This document shows, piece by piece, positions 24,433-36,471 of a stretch of 64,000 bases of DNA (within the stretch, counting starts at the first letter, position 1; each line of letters opens with the position of its first letter). Under the pieces are notes generated by a model. That model was not told the DNA's origin, did not search any database, and worked only from the letters and a program-made list of their open reading frames with translations. The stretch is taken from assembly GCA_026770705.1 (NCBI GenBank), contig JANJGN010000019.1, forward strand, positions 39,370,001 to 39,434,000, given 5' to 3'. The translations under genes were made by a program, and so were the position numbers. The stretch comes from Isurus oxyrinchus (Eukaryota).

Positions 24433-27400
24433 TAGAATCATAGAATGGTTACAATACAGAAGGAGATCATTTGGCCCATTGTGTCTATACTCATTTTCTG
24501 TGAGAGCAACTCAGCTACTCCATCTCTCCTGCCTTTTCCCCATAGCCCTACAAATCTTTTCTCTGCAGTTATTAATCACTTCTCATTTGAAAGCTTTGAT
24601 TGAATGCACTCTTAGGCATCCCTGATCGTAACCAATAATAGCGTAAAAATGTTTTTCCTCCTGTTGTCTCTGGATTTTTTGCTTTAAATCAGCATCCTCT
24701 GGTTCTCGATCCTTCCACCAATGCGAACAGTTTCTCCCTATCTACTCCGTCCAGACCGCTCATGATTTGAACACCTCTATCAAATCTCTTCTAAATTTTC
24801 TTTGTCCTCCTAACTGTCGTCCCTCATTCCTGGAACTATTCTCGTGAATCTTTCCTGCACCCTCTCGAATGCCTTCACGTCCTTAAAGTGTGGTGCCCAG
24901 AATTGGACAATACTCCAGTTGAGGCCAAACCAGTGTTTTATAAGGGCTCACCGTAACTTACTCACTTTTGTACTCGAAATCTCTATTTACAAAAGCCCAG
25001 GATCCCATAAGCTTTATTAACTGTTTTCTTAACTTGGCCTGCCACCTTCAACCTCTGTGCACATATCCCCAGGTCCCTCTGCTGCTGCAGCCTCTTTAGA
25101 ATTGTATATTTTATTTTATATTGCCTTTCCTCATTCTTCCTACCAAAATGTATCATTTCACCTTTCTCTGTATTAAATTTCATCTGCCATGTGTCTGCCC
25201 ATTCACCACCCTGTTATGTCCTCTTGAAGTCTACTACTGTCATCCCCACAGTTGACAATTCTTACAAGTTTTTTGTCATCTGCATATTTTGAAATTGTGC
25301 CCTACACCCCTAGGTTTAAGTCATTCGTATAGATCAAGAAAAGCAGTGGCCCTAATACTGACCTCTAGGGAACCCCACTGTATACTGTCCTTCAGTCCAG
25401 TGAGCAACTGTTCCCCACTACTCACCCTCTCACTCACTCAACCAACTTTGTATCTATGCTGCCACTGTTCCTTTTATTCCATGGGCTTCAACTTTGCTGA
25501 CAAGTCTGTTATGTGTCTCTTTATAAAATGCCTTTTGGACATCATGTACACCACATCACCCGCAATATCCTCATCAACCCTCTCTGTTGCCTTATCAAAA
25601 AACTCAATCAAGTTAGTTAAACATGATTTAACCATAAAAAAATCTGTGCTAGCTTTACTTAACTAATCCACATTTGTCCAAATGACTATTAATTGTGTCC
25701 TGGATTATTGTTTCTAAAAGCTTTCCCACCACTAAGGTTAAACTGACTGCTGTAGTTGCTGAGCATTTCCTTACATCCTTTTTTGATCACAATTATGACT
25801 TTTGCAATTCTCAGTCTCTGACACCATCCTTGTATCCAAGTACGATTGGAAGATTATGGCCTGTGCAGTAATTCCTTTTCACTTTCCTCACATCCTCAGA
25901 TGCATCTATTCTGGTCCTGGCTACTTTATCAACTTTAAGTACTGGCAGCCTTTCTAATATTTCCATACAATTTTTAGCTCATGCAGTATCTCAACCCTCT
26001 CCTCTTTCACTAGATTTCAACAGTACTGTATTCCTTGGTAAAGACAAATGCAAAGCACTTATTTAATATCTCAGCTGTGCCCTCTGCCTCCATGTGTAAA
26101 TCCCTGTTATGTTCCCAAGCTGACTCCACACCTCCTTTTACTACCTTTTTATTATTTATATGTCTACAGAAGACTTCTGAATTCCCTTCTGTGTTAGCTC
26201 CCAGTCTCTCTCATACTGTTTCTTTTTGCTGCTCTCATTTCCTTTTTCACTTCCCCTCTGAACTTTCTATTTTTAGCCTGGTTCTCACTTGTATTATCAA
26301 TCTGATATACTGCTTCACCTTAACACTCTTATCTCTTTCATCATTTGGGGATCCTTGACTTTGTTTGTCCTATCTGGCCCCCTCATGGGAATGCACTTCA
26401 CTTGTACCCAAATTATCTGCTCTATAAAGACAGCCTATTCTTCAACCCCAGTTTTACCTGCCAACCTTTGATCCCAGTTTACCTGGACCAGATCTGTTCT
26501 CATCCCATTGAAATTGACCCCCAATTATTTATTTTGTACTTTGGATTGCTCCTTGTTCTTTCTCATAGCCAACCTAAACCTTATACTATGATCAGTGTTC
26601 CATAAGTGTGTCCCTACTGACACTTGATATACTTGATACATTCATTCCCCAGAACCAGATCCAGTAATGCCCTCTTCCTTAGTAGAAGAGAAACATATGA
26701 TCTGGAAAATTCTCTCAAGCACACTTCAGAAACTCTTCCCCTTCTCTACCCTTTATAATATTGCTATCCCAGTCTGTGTTAGTATAATTAAAGCCCTGCA
26801 TTATCTGTACTCTACAGTTTTTGCACCGCTCTGTAAATTCTCTGCATATTTGTACCTCTGTATCTTTCTCACTAGTTGGTGGCTTAAATAATACACTCAG
26901 CGATGTAATGGTACCTCTTGTCTCTTAGTCCTCACCAAATGGATTCTGCCCTTTACCCCTCTTCCAGGATATAGTCTCTCTCCAGCACTCAACTACTATC
27001 CTTAATCAATACTGCCACCCCTCCTCCTTTCTTTCCGATCTTTCCTGACCACCTTGTACATGGGATTATTTATTTTGAGCCAGGACTTTTTGCCACAACA
27101 TCATTTTCCTAGATGGCAACCTGCACCTGTAATCCACCAACCTCATTTATCAAACTCCATGTATTCACCTATATGCACAATAAATGCAATTTAGGCTTTA
27201 TTCCATTTCCTTTTTACTTTGACCCAACCTAATACCATACTATTTCCTACAGTAATACTGTCTGTCTCTTCCAATTCTTTATGTGCCTTTTCTTTCCTCT
27301 CTAGTATTACCGCCTGGTTCCAATCCCCTGTCAAGTTAGTTTAAACACCCCCCAATAGCACTAGCAAATTGCCCTGCCAGGACATTGATCCCAGCTCTGT

Positions 27401-27640
27401 TCGGGTGCAATCTGTCTGGCCTGTACAGGTCCCACCTCCTCCAGAACCAACACCAATGCCCCAAGAATCTAAAGCCCTCTCTCCTGCACCATCTCTCCAG
27501 CCATGCATTCATCTGCTCTATTCTCCTATTTCTATACTCACTAGTGTGTGGCATTTGGAGTGATCTGGAGATTATTACCTTTAAAGTCCTGCTTGCTGGT
27601 TTCTTTCCAGCTGTCTAAAATCTGCCTGCAGGACCTTAAC
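24433..27640 (-). mobile_element. Long decayed CR1 LINE in WARS1 intron 2
   Basis: 3' tail at ~24433; reverse-transcriptase and endonuclease relics; ORF1 esterase NAWLERWCRREGFRFLGHW...DRLHPN. Confidence 0.9.
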
Positions 27641-27645
27641 CCTCT

Positions 27646-27744
27646 TTCTGATAAAAGGTCACAGACCTGCAAAGTTAACTCTGTTTTATTCTCCACAGAC
27701 GCTGTCAAACCTGCTGAGTATTTCCAGCATTTTCAGTTTTTATT
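27646..27744 (+). mobile_element. Penelope-like family A terminal fragment with degenerate hammerhead
   Basis: ctgataa-aaggtc-aca-gacct-gcaaagttaact...ctccacagacgctgtcaaacctgctgagtatttccagcatttt. Confidence 0.6.
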
Positions 27745-28654
27745 AACTTTATTTCCCTTAACTAGAAGATCAGATTATAAAACTGTATCAGATTTCTGCT
27801 CAATTATTTGCTTTTGCAGTATTTGTTAACAAAGGATAATGCAAGTGTTAGAGGAGCAGTGTGTTTTACAAACATTTTTTAAAGTAAGAAGATTGTACTT
27901 TCATTTCTTTAGGGTAGTTTAATAACTTTTTAATTTAATAATTATGCTTGGAATTGCTCCAACTCATTTTTAACACAGCTGGTCTTGCCTAATTCCAGAA
28001 CAGGTAGTAACATTCAGCAGAAAACCATGCAAGTTTTTTGTCTCCTACAACAATTTGTAAAACTGGGCCAGAGCAGATTCTGGAATGTATGGGAGTTAAT
28101 TGCTGAATTTCTCTGGCTGATCATATTGGAGAATGCGTCAGTATTACTGTGGTAGGAATCAATACAATGTGATTCTGTGCTTATACCTTTTAAGAAATTG
28201 AGTTGTTTTTAGAATGTAATATAATATCAACCAAAGTTGACGTACTGTGATAAAGAGCCGGATTTTCCCCTGGGCTTTCAAAGCCTCCATCATGGTGAAA
28301 TGGGGGTCAGAAGCCTGCAATACGTGGGGAAGAGTCACCTGGCTGTTGGCCAGGTGGTGGGCTTGCTGTCCAGTTAAGGACAGCCAGTGAGATATAAAAA
28401 GTGGACAGCCAATAAGAGGCCATTCAGCACCGAAGAAGCAGCAGGTGTCCTTTCAGGTGAATGAGGGAGAGGGTGCCCCAAGATGGAGGCACCGACTCTC
28501 CAACTTTTTTCACTTTAAATTGACCTGAGCAGCTGGGCCACCATTGTGATGGAGTGGGGTGGAGAGCTCCACCATAGGCTGGTCTGTGGCTACAGCTGAA
28601 GCCAGGCAGGCAGCGAAGGCCTCTAAGCTTGCATGGAGCACTGCCCTGCCCCCG

Positions 28655-28688
<34 letters not shown>

Positions 28689-28777
28689 GGAATACAGATA
28701 ATACATACACAACCCTTTATTTGATTTTAAATGTTCAGAAGGATTATTCATTTTGCAAACTACCACTTTTTATGCAG

Positions 28778-28991
28778 GAAGAAATTGATGCAGCAGTAAA
28801 GGAACTGTTGGCACTGAAACTGGATTATAAAACATTGACAGGCCAGGAGTACAAGGTTGGCGTACCGCCCACGAGCAGCACACCAGTTAATAGTAATGGC
28901 CCGGCTGTTGAAGAAGATGGTGGTGACTATGTGGATCCATGGACTGTGCAGACAACCAGTGCCAAAGGGGTGGACTATGACAAGTTGATTG
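28778..28991 (+). CDS. WARS1: WARS1 exon 3
   Basis: tatgcag|EEIDAAVKELLALKLDYKTLTGQEYK...DYVDPWTVQTTSAKGVDYDKLI|gtaagt; 214 nt. Confidence 0.97.
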
Positions 28992-29164
28992 GTAAGTATC
29001 CCTTTCCTTTAATTGTTCTGATTATTGGAAGTGAGATAAGTTTGTACATTTTAGTATTGTGGAATTAATGTTCGCTAAGTGTTGTGCATTACTTTGAAAC
29101 TAATGTGCAACAAAAAATTATGCATCACAAAGGCTATGTAAAAATCAAAAAGTACATACTGCAG

Positions 29165-29590
29165 GAATGGCTATGTAGTCATTACATTACTTTACTAGTC
29201 CAGAGAATGAGTTTGAGAAGTTGAATTCAGTTTGGTAAAAAAATGAAAATGTAAAAAAAAATCAATAAAAGCGACCGTGAAGTTATCAGTAACTGTGAAA
29301 ACGCAACTGGTTCACTGATGTACTCTTTAGGGGAAAAAAACTTACCATCCTTGCACAGGCCAAGATGTAATTCCAATCCCACACCATGTGATTGACTCAA
29401 AACTGCTCTCAAAATGGCCAAGCAAGTCAATCAGTTGTACCAAACTGCTTCAAATCCTAGTGTCATTCTAGGAGACCCTTTACCACAAAAGCAGTAATGG
29501 TTCAAGAAGATGGATCTCAACCACTTTCTCAGGACAATTATAAAAGAACAATAAATGTCAGCCTTGATTGAAATGCCCAACTTCTTGCAG
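29165..29590 (+). mobile_element. Decayed SINE sharing its 3' tail with the LINE at 48021-50390
   Basis: Tail gttcaagaag...ccactttctcaggacaatta...caataaatg resembles the reverse complement of 48050-48130. Confidence 0.5.
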
Positions 29591-30302
29591 TGCCCAACTT
29601 CTTGGAATGCTTAGAACAATTTAAAAAAAGAAAGACTTGCATTTATATATCACCTTCATGATCTCAAAGCACTTTACAACCAAAGAAATATTTTGAAGTA
29701 TAGCCACAGTTATAAGTAGGAAGCATATTTGCACACAGAAAGCTCCCACAAGCCCACAACCTTTGACTAAGTGGTGAAAGTGCTTCCGACTCAGCTGCAA
29801 CTAACACTTTAGGTCTGAGTGGTTAAGAACCCAACAATTTGGTGTAAACCTAAATCATTGGTGAACTTATAATGAAGAATGATGTGAAAATTTAGTAATT
29901 TATCTTTGAAGTGTATTTTGAAAAGACAGGAAAATGTAATATACAAAGAAAACAGTACAGGACAGCAAGTATGTATTTATTTATGTGTACTATTAAAGTA
30001 AAAAAATCCATAGGCACTTTACAGACTTGCAATACAGATATTATTGTTGATATAGTACTGCTTAAACATGTCACTTGCGCAGGGAGGTATTTAAATTTCA
30101 TTTTTGTTCATCATTTTTGATCACTAACTAGCAGCTTCATTGCACACTCAGAGAGATGGAAAATCATACCAATCCTTTAACCTTTCGTTGTAATTTAGAT
30201 AAGAAATATAATGGTTTAATATTACCTCAATTTATGTTCCAATATTTGTGGTACTGTACTGCACTAATTTAGTAATTGTGAAAACCTCTTTGTCATTTAT
30301 AG

Positions 30303-30411
30303 TTCGGTTTGGAAGCAGCAAAATTGATCAGGAGTTGATTAACCGAATAAAACAAGTCACTGGTCAAAAAGCTCATCATTTTCTTCGCAGAGGAATCTTC
30401 TTCTCTCATCG
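30303..30411 (+). CDS. WARS1: WARS1 exon 4
   Basis: ttatag|(V)[36 protein letters not shown]|gttggt; 109 nt. Confidence 0.97.
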
Positions 30412-31181
30412 GTTGGTAAAGCTTTATCTATTTTTGTGCCCATAGTATGTGATTCTTCAGTACATGTGACTTATTCCCAACTGCTGAACTTGCCTTTGTT
30501 TGTTACTGTAGCAATTAGCATCTCTTATATATTAAATGCAGTATGGTTTGTTACATTCTGAACTAGTTTTTTTTTTCGGATAATCTTTCAATATCTTTTA
30601 AAGTTTGAAACTTCTGACATTACTTTCTGTATTCTGTCCTGAATTACTGAGACAAAAAAGTAAAAGTAGTAATACTTCAACATAACATGATACATGTTCA
30701 CCATCCTATTAACTGCCATCCTCCCTCATCTGATAATTGTTGTAAACTATTATAAAACAAAAAAGTTACTTCATAACAGCATTTTTCGGGGCTGTTTCAG
30801 CATCACCTGAAGATATATAATTAATCACTTGACACTTTGAACATAAATTTGTTTTAGTTGTCACTGAATGTTTACATCAAAGTGTAAAGACTTCAAAGCA
30901 CTAGAGATTTAATATGAAATTAAGTGAATCTAAGTAATAGCTATTTTAGTAGAATACTGTAATTTTACTGTTAGTAACATGCCAATGGAATCAATTCAAC
31001 TGGAGTGTATTTTAATTATTAATTTAAGATGCATGGGATTATTAGGCTGATGCTATTTATTTGAAGGGTTTGTTTTGTGATGTCTTAATGCCAGAAAATT
31101 GCCCATGACATTTTCCTATCTGGTTTATCTGTATTGAAAGGTATTCTCGAAATTGTATTTTTGATCACTCTTTTTTCATAG

Positions 31182-31301
31182 GGATATGCACCAGATCCTT
31201 GATGCTTTTGAAACAAAAAAATCATTTTACCTATATACAGGGCGTGGTCCTTCATCAGAAGCTATGCATATGGGCCACCTTATTCCATTCATCTTCACAA
31301 A
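31182..31301 (+). CDS. WARS1: WARS1 exon 5 (HIGH-type motif HMGH)
   Basis: tcatag|[40 protein letters not shown]|gtaagt; 120 nt. Confidence 0.97.
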
Positions 31302-31377
31302 GTAAGTTTGGATAATACTTGTGTGAATACATGTGTTCACTAAGAGAGCAACCTTATATGTGCTTCTTAAATTCATT

Positions 31378-31759
31378 GGGCTTGATTTAACTTGCTGAAA
31401 TCAATATTAAAATGATAGACTTGCTTGCCTATTAATGTCAACACTTTGCTCATCGACGCCTTTACAGGGGCTTACCAGTAGGCAACGAAACGCCTGCCTG
31501 TTTGGTGAACATATGACCCCAATTTTGTGGGGCCAGGAAGACCAAGACTAGTCTTGATGCCAGCTGAGTGGTCTCCAGGCTGCGGAATAACAGCCTGAAT
31601 GCAATGGGCTGCATTGAGAGATGAAGTGCTCGTTTGGCATCTGCATCTTGTCGGTTCTGTTAAAATGAGGCCAGGGCCTCAAAATGGCTCAGCCCTCTTC
31701 ACTGCCAGTGGGTTGCTGCTGTGCTCTGCCTGTTGCCAACTGAAAAGTTAAATCAACCC
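31378..31759. mobile_element. MITE-like non-autonomous DNA element with ~16-bp terminal inverted repeats
   Basis: Left end GGGCTTGATTTAACTT, right end AAGTTAAATCAACCC; GC-rich non-coding interior. Related GGGCTGGATTT-type ends occur near 28257, 58348 and 62910-62920. Confidence 0.55.
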
Positions 31760-32139
31760 TGTGATATCTTGGCTTGCGATCTCTGAGTGATATTTTATAA
31801 CTATGCTCACACGAAATATGATTCAAGAGTCTGCTAGTTTAGTGAGAATATAGTATGTAGAGTTGCAGGCTCATTCTTGATCCAGCAGTCTGCTGGCTTG
31901 GCCATGTCCATCATTTTACTAGTAAAAATTTTGCATAGTGCTCTTTACAGATAATATTTGTACATTTTGCATTTTTGGTGTGCATTGTAGGCTTTCAAGT
32001 TTTTAAGTGTTGGTAGTTACTGCCCATTTAAAATGCTTTCCCAGCTGGCTTAAAGCTTAAGACCAATGAAATGATATTCCACTGATTGTTCCAATAAAAA
32101 GGATTTAGCTTGTTCATGCCTATATATTCTATTAAATAG

Positions 32140-32322
32140 GTGGCTCCAAGATGTTTTTGATGTACCTCTTGTAATTCAGCTGACCGATGATGAGAAATAC
32201 CTGTGGAAAGACATAACACTGGAACAGGCTTATAAGTATGCTGTCGAGAATGCCAAAGACATCATTGCTTGTGGCTTTGATATGAATAAGACCTTCATCT
32301 TCTCTGATCTGGATTACATGGG
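32140..32322 (+). CDS. WARS1: WARS1 exon 6
   Basis: aaatag|[24 protein letters not shown]...[26 protein letters not shown]|gtatgt; 183 nt. Confidence 0.97.
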
Positions 32323-33636
32323 GTATGTTCATTGCAGTATTACACCAGTGTTTTTATTGATCTTTTCTATTGGAAAAGACGATCTTAATCTAAATATGAG
32401 ATATGGCAGTAATGGTGGGTAACCTATAGAAAATCTTTTAGTATGGAATGTAGGTTAGATTAATTAAGAGTATTTTGTATGTTATAATGCCAATTTTTTG
32501 TTAGTGGTACTGAAATAATTTACACTATTGAAAGTAAAATAGTGTGGCATGGTGCATTACTTCCAGAGATTAGTCCTCTGCTGTATGCTTTGTTTTAAAC
32601 GACATTGTAACAGCGCATCTTCCCTTCTTAGCCCCAACTTAGCATACAGTGAAATGTTGCCATAATGTCTAGCCTTGATTCCTAAAGACAGTTTAATTTG
32701 TTTAAAAAAAATCTCACACACAACACCATAAAGGAAAAACAAATAGTGCACTCTATACTTATGGTCTCCGCTAGGGAACAAATACATTTCCAAACTATCA
32801 GCCATTGATTACTTGATAACATGTTGAAATGTTAAAGACACTGCTGAGTGATGAGCATGACACGCCTGCAGCAGAGGAGGAAACCACTATGAAGGGGAAA
32901 ATACCCATAAAGAAGACCCTTTTGCCAAATTGTAAGTAATGAGTGGAAAGATCTGAGAAGACATTTACCATAAGGGGATAATTGGAGTGAATCGGGCAAG
33001 TTTTTGCTTTCCCTGCTGAATTATTAATAACTGCAGTGCTCCCAGCAATGCATGTGAAGAAAAAAAAACCCAGTTCGGGCTGAATTTGATCCTAACCCAA
33101 CAAGGTAAGTATCACATTCTCATGAAGCATGAAAGTGATTAAACTTGCTATGCTGTTAAAATTGCAATGAATTGAAATCCACACCAAAGTATCAGTCAAC
33201 TATACTGCAATGTATTACATTATATATGGCCTCTGCTCCTGTGAACTCCTAGTACCCCAAACTTATCTGGCTGATGGAACAGACTGGACACCTGATCCCA
33301 AGCCTCTGCACCTCCAGCACTGTATAATAGCTGGCTTCTTGAAAATATGTGAAGTCAGCCGAAGGTAACTGGGCTCAGTCTTCCTTTACTGTACCTTTTC
33401 ACAGTGAGATCAAAAATGGATTGATTCCATGGCATGTGTGTAGGAACTCCATTGCACTGCGCAAGAGAATGTACTTCTAAGATACACACCTAAGCACTAC
33501 CCTACTCAACATAGATTATGGCATCAAAATTACAGTTGTGCTAACTTTAGAACCAAGATTCTTCTTTAACTGTAAATCAAGTGCTTTTTCACCTCAGATC
33601 TGCAAATATAATATTTTAATTCTGTTCTGGCTGCAG

Positions 33637-33737
33637 ACAGAGCCCAGGATTCTATCAGAATGTGGTTAAAATCCAGAAACATGTTACTTTTAATCAAGTG
33701 AAGGGGATCTTTGGCTTTGGAGATAGTGACTGTATAG
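33637..33737 (+). CDS. WARS1: WARS1 exon 7
   Basis: ctgcag|[33 protein letters not shown]|gtaaga; 101 nt. Confidence 0.96.
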
Positions 33738-34380
33738 GTAAGATTAATAGTGCTTATTTTCAAAATTTAATCGAAAGTTTGACCTTGTGCACTGAAGCCA
33801 ACATTTTTGTGTCACCTTCAGTATGTTCATTTATGTTTCCGCTGCTGCCATGGGGTCCCATCAACATCTTGTTTTATTGTGATTTCATCAAACTTTATCA
33901 AATGTTTTCTGTGAGCAGACTTGTGTTCCTTTTGATAACCATTAAACTGGAAACTACGGCATAGCCCCATGAACAGATTTGTGACCTCAAAGTTAAAAGC
34001 TTCATTTCGACTGTACCAGCTTCTAATCACCAATCCTACCATGAGAATGTTTTGTTAAATTTCTGCAAGAGCCTTATCTTTCATAATTAAGCAACTAGCA
34101 TTCCATTAATTAGCTATGATTAAGCAAATTTAAACTGAGAACAAATATTGTATTGTGCCTGGGGAAAGTTTAATATTTGAGTGACAATGTTAATATATAA
34201 ACATGTGAGTTTAATAAACATATAAATATATATAACTTGTGTTCTTTGAGGTAAATTAGTGTAACGTATCACTTTAGATCTTTTATGGTAAATATCTAAC
34301 TTTGTTAATCACTTTGTGTTTGATTGCTCTTGTTAAGAAATGGATTTTAAAAATTCTAACTCAGTATTTTTAATTGACAG

Positions 34381-34493
34381 GAAAGATCAGTTTTCCTGCT
34401 ATCCAGGCGGCTCCATCTTTCAGCACCTCATTTCCACAAATCTTTAATGGCCAAAAGGATATTCCATGTCTAATTCCCTGTGCTATTGACCAG
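34381..34493 (+). CDS. WARS1: WARS1 exon 8 (AIDQ motif)
   Basis: tgacag|(G)[37 protein letters not shown]|gtcaga; 113 nt. Confidence 0.97.
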
Positions 34494-34699
34494 GTCAGAG
34501 CTAAGTGCTAGCCAAAGAAAATACATATTCTTGAAATGTGCCAGACCTTTGAATTATAAGTATTAATTGCATTCAAGTTTACACTATGTGGTACATGTTT
34601 TTTCTCCCCCCATGAGTCATTTTCATTATACACCACCAGTAGCCTAAGAGCCCAGAGGACAGACAGATCTGTGACAATATCAGAACAAAAGTGACAATT

Positions 34700-34940
34700 A
34701 AGCTGCCCTATTCGAAGAAGAGTGTCATCATTTTCTCAGTGTCATAGTTTACATTTATCCCTCACCCACTAACGCCAAAGAAGAAAATCTGGCCATTTAT
34801 CTCTTTTAAGTTTGTGTGATCTTGCTGTGCAAGATTGACTCCACATTTTCCTACATTGACTGCATTGCAAAAGTACATCAATGTGAAATACTTTGGAATA
34901 TCCTGAGGCCTTGAAAGGTGCTATATAAATGTAAGTTATT
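34700..34940 (+). mobile_element. Deu-domain SINE relic (SacSINE1/AmnSINE1-like)
   Basis: ctattcgaagaagag...atttatccctca...gatcttgctgtgc...tcctgaggccttgaaaggtgctatataaatgtaagt. This resembles the Deu core and tail as recalled from memory. Tail fragments of the same type lie near 9300 and 29635 on the - strand. Confidence 0.55.
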
Positions 34941-35065
34941 TCTTTAAAATGTTTAGAAGAGCAGCCTGGAAACAGCTTTCTGTTTTGGATAGTGTTTTGT
35001 GTTGAGGAACTTGCCAAGTGTTTGATACATCATACAACAATATGACAGAATTCAACAGTTCATAG

Positions 35066-36050
35066 ATAAGCAAAATACTGCGGATGCTGGAAATTTGAAA
35101 CAAAAATAAAAATTGCTGGAGAAATTCAGCAGGTCTGACAGCATCTGTGGAGAGAAAGACGAGTTAATGTTTCAAGTCCAGATGACTCCTCTTCAGAACG
35201 AACAAGAAATGTGGTGAAATGTATACTGTATAAGGGGGGTGGGACAGATGAAGCTGGATAGCAGGCCAGTGATAGGTGGAGGCAAAGGAGAGATTGCAAA
35301 AGTTATAAACAAAAGGTCGAAGGGGTGTTGATGGTGGTGATACTGGCTAAAGGAGGTGCTAATGATGACATTAAGAGTAGGAAGCAGGATGAGCCAGTGA
35401 CAGATGGCCCTAGTGGGGGTGAGGTGGGGGGAGGGGACGGTGTGGGAGAAAAGATCGAAATAGGCTATAAGGTGGGGATAAAACAATGAATGGAAATAAA
35501 TTTTAGAAATAATAATAGAAATAGGTAGAGAAAAAATGTATATATAAAAAATTTTAAAATAAATATTTGAAAAAATCCCCCTTTTTTCAAATATTGATTT
35601 TAAATTTTCATACATTTTTTCCCTACCTATTTCTATTATTATTTTTTAAATTTATTTCCATTCATTGTTTTATCCCCATCTTTTAGCCTATTTTGATCCT
35701 TGCTCCCACACCGTCCCCCACCCCACCCCCACTAGAGCCATCTGTCACTGGCTCATCCTGCTTCCTACTCTTAATGTCATCATTAGCACCTCCTTTAGCC
35801 AGTATCACCACCATCAACACTCCTTCGACCTTTTGTTTATAACTTCTGCAATCTCTCCTTTGCCTCCACCTATCACTGGCCTTCTATCCAGTTTCACCTG
35901 TCCCACCCCCCTTAAACAGTAAATTTTCACCACATTTCTACTTCTTGTTAGTTCTGAAGAAGAGTCATCTGGACTTGAAACGTTAACTCTGTCTTTCTCT
36001 CCACAGATGCTGTCAGACCTGCTGAGTCTTTCCAGCAACTTTTGTTTTTG
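35066..36050. mobile_element. Penelope-like family A, ~985-bp fold-back element with perfect 14-bp TSD (WARS1 intron 8)
   Basis: TCAACAGTTCATAG at 35052-35065 and 36051-36064; two highly similar ~470-bp inverted arms meeting near 35575. Confidence 0.88.
35950..35988 (+). ncRNA. Minimal type-I hammerhead ribozyme motif (family A)
   Basis: AGTT CTGAAGA A GAGTC atctg GACTT GAA ACGT T AACT: intact CUGANGA/GAAA core, 5-bp stem II, palindromic stem III, stem I AGTT/AACT. Confidence 0.7.
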
Positions 36051-36397
36051 TCAACAGTTCATAGCCCAGGCATCACCATAGAGTCTCTCATATTGCTACT
36101 TGGTGCTGCAAAGAGTTGCTGTACACAGCTAGATCTTAATATAATTTTGTTGTAGCAGATTTGAATTTCTTATAAATTATAATTATTTGCAGTTTATATT
36201 ATTATTTTTAATTTATATTAAAGTATATTTAGCATACTTTGACAAAAGTGCTTGCTTCTGCAAGCCAATGTTCTTGTAAGTCGGCTTTGTGAAACATAAA
36301 ATTTTAGGAAACTTGCATTTTCAGCATAGAAGGAAGTCATTCATCCCCTTGTATTCCATGCTGACCAAAAAAGAGCGTAATCCCACCTTCCAGCTCT

Positions 36398-36471
36398 GAG
36401 TTTTTCCAGGTATTTTTATTTTATTTTTATTTTTGTTTTGGATTTCCAGCATCCGCAGGTTTTTGCTTTTA
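36398..36471 (+). mobile_element. Penelope-like family A, truncated 3' end with 10-bp TSD
   Basis: TTCCAGCTCT at 36388-36397 and 36472-36481 flanking gagtttttccagg...gatttccagcatccgcagg. Confidence 0.7.

Noticed and set aside
28559-28777. Poly-proline N-terminus of ORF 28559-29068
   Set aside because: Intronic C-homopolymer read-through upstream of the true exon 3 acceptor.
33631-33640. Tandem acceptor CAG-ACAG at exon 7
   Set aside because: The distal AG shifts the frame by 4 nt. The proximal site keeps the frame and the expected exon length, and there is no evidence of use.
35193-35922. Paired ORFs with 'QYHHHQH' on opposite strands
   Set aside because: Mirror translations of the two arms of the fold-back element, with no recognisable domain.
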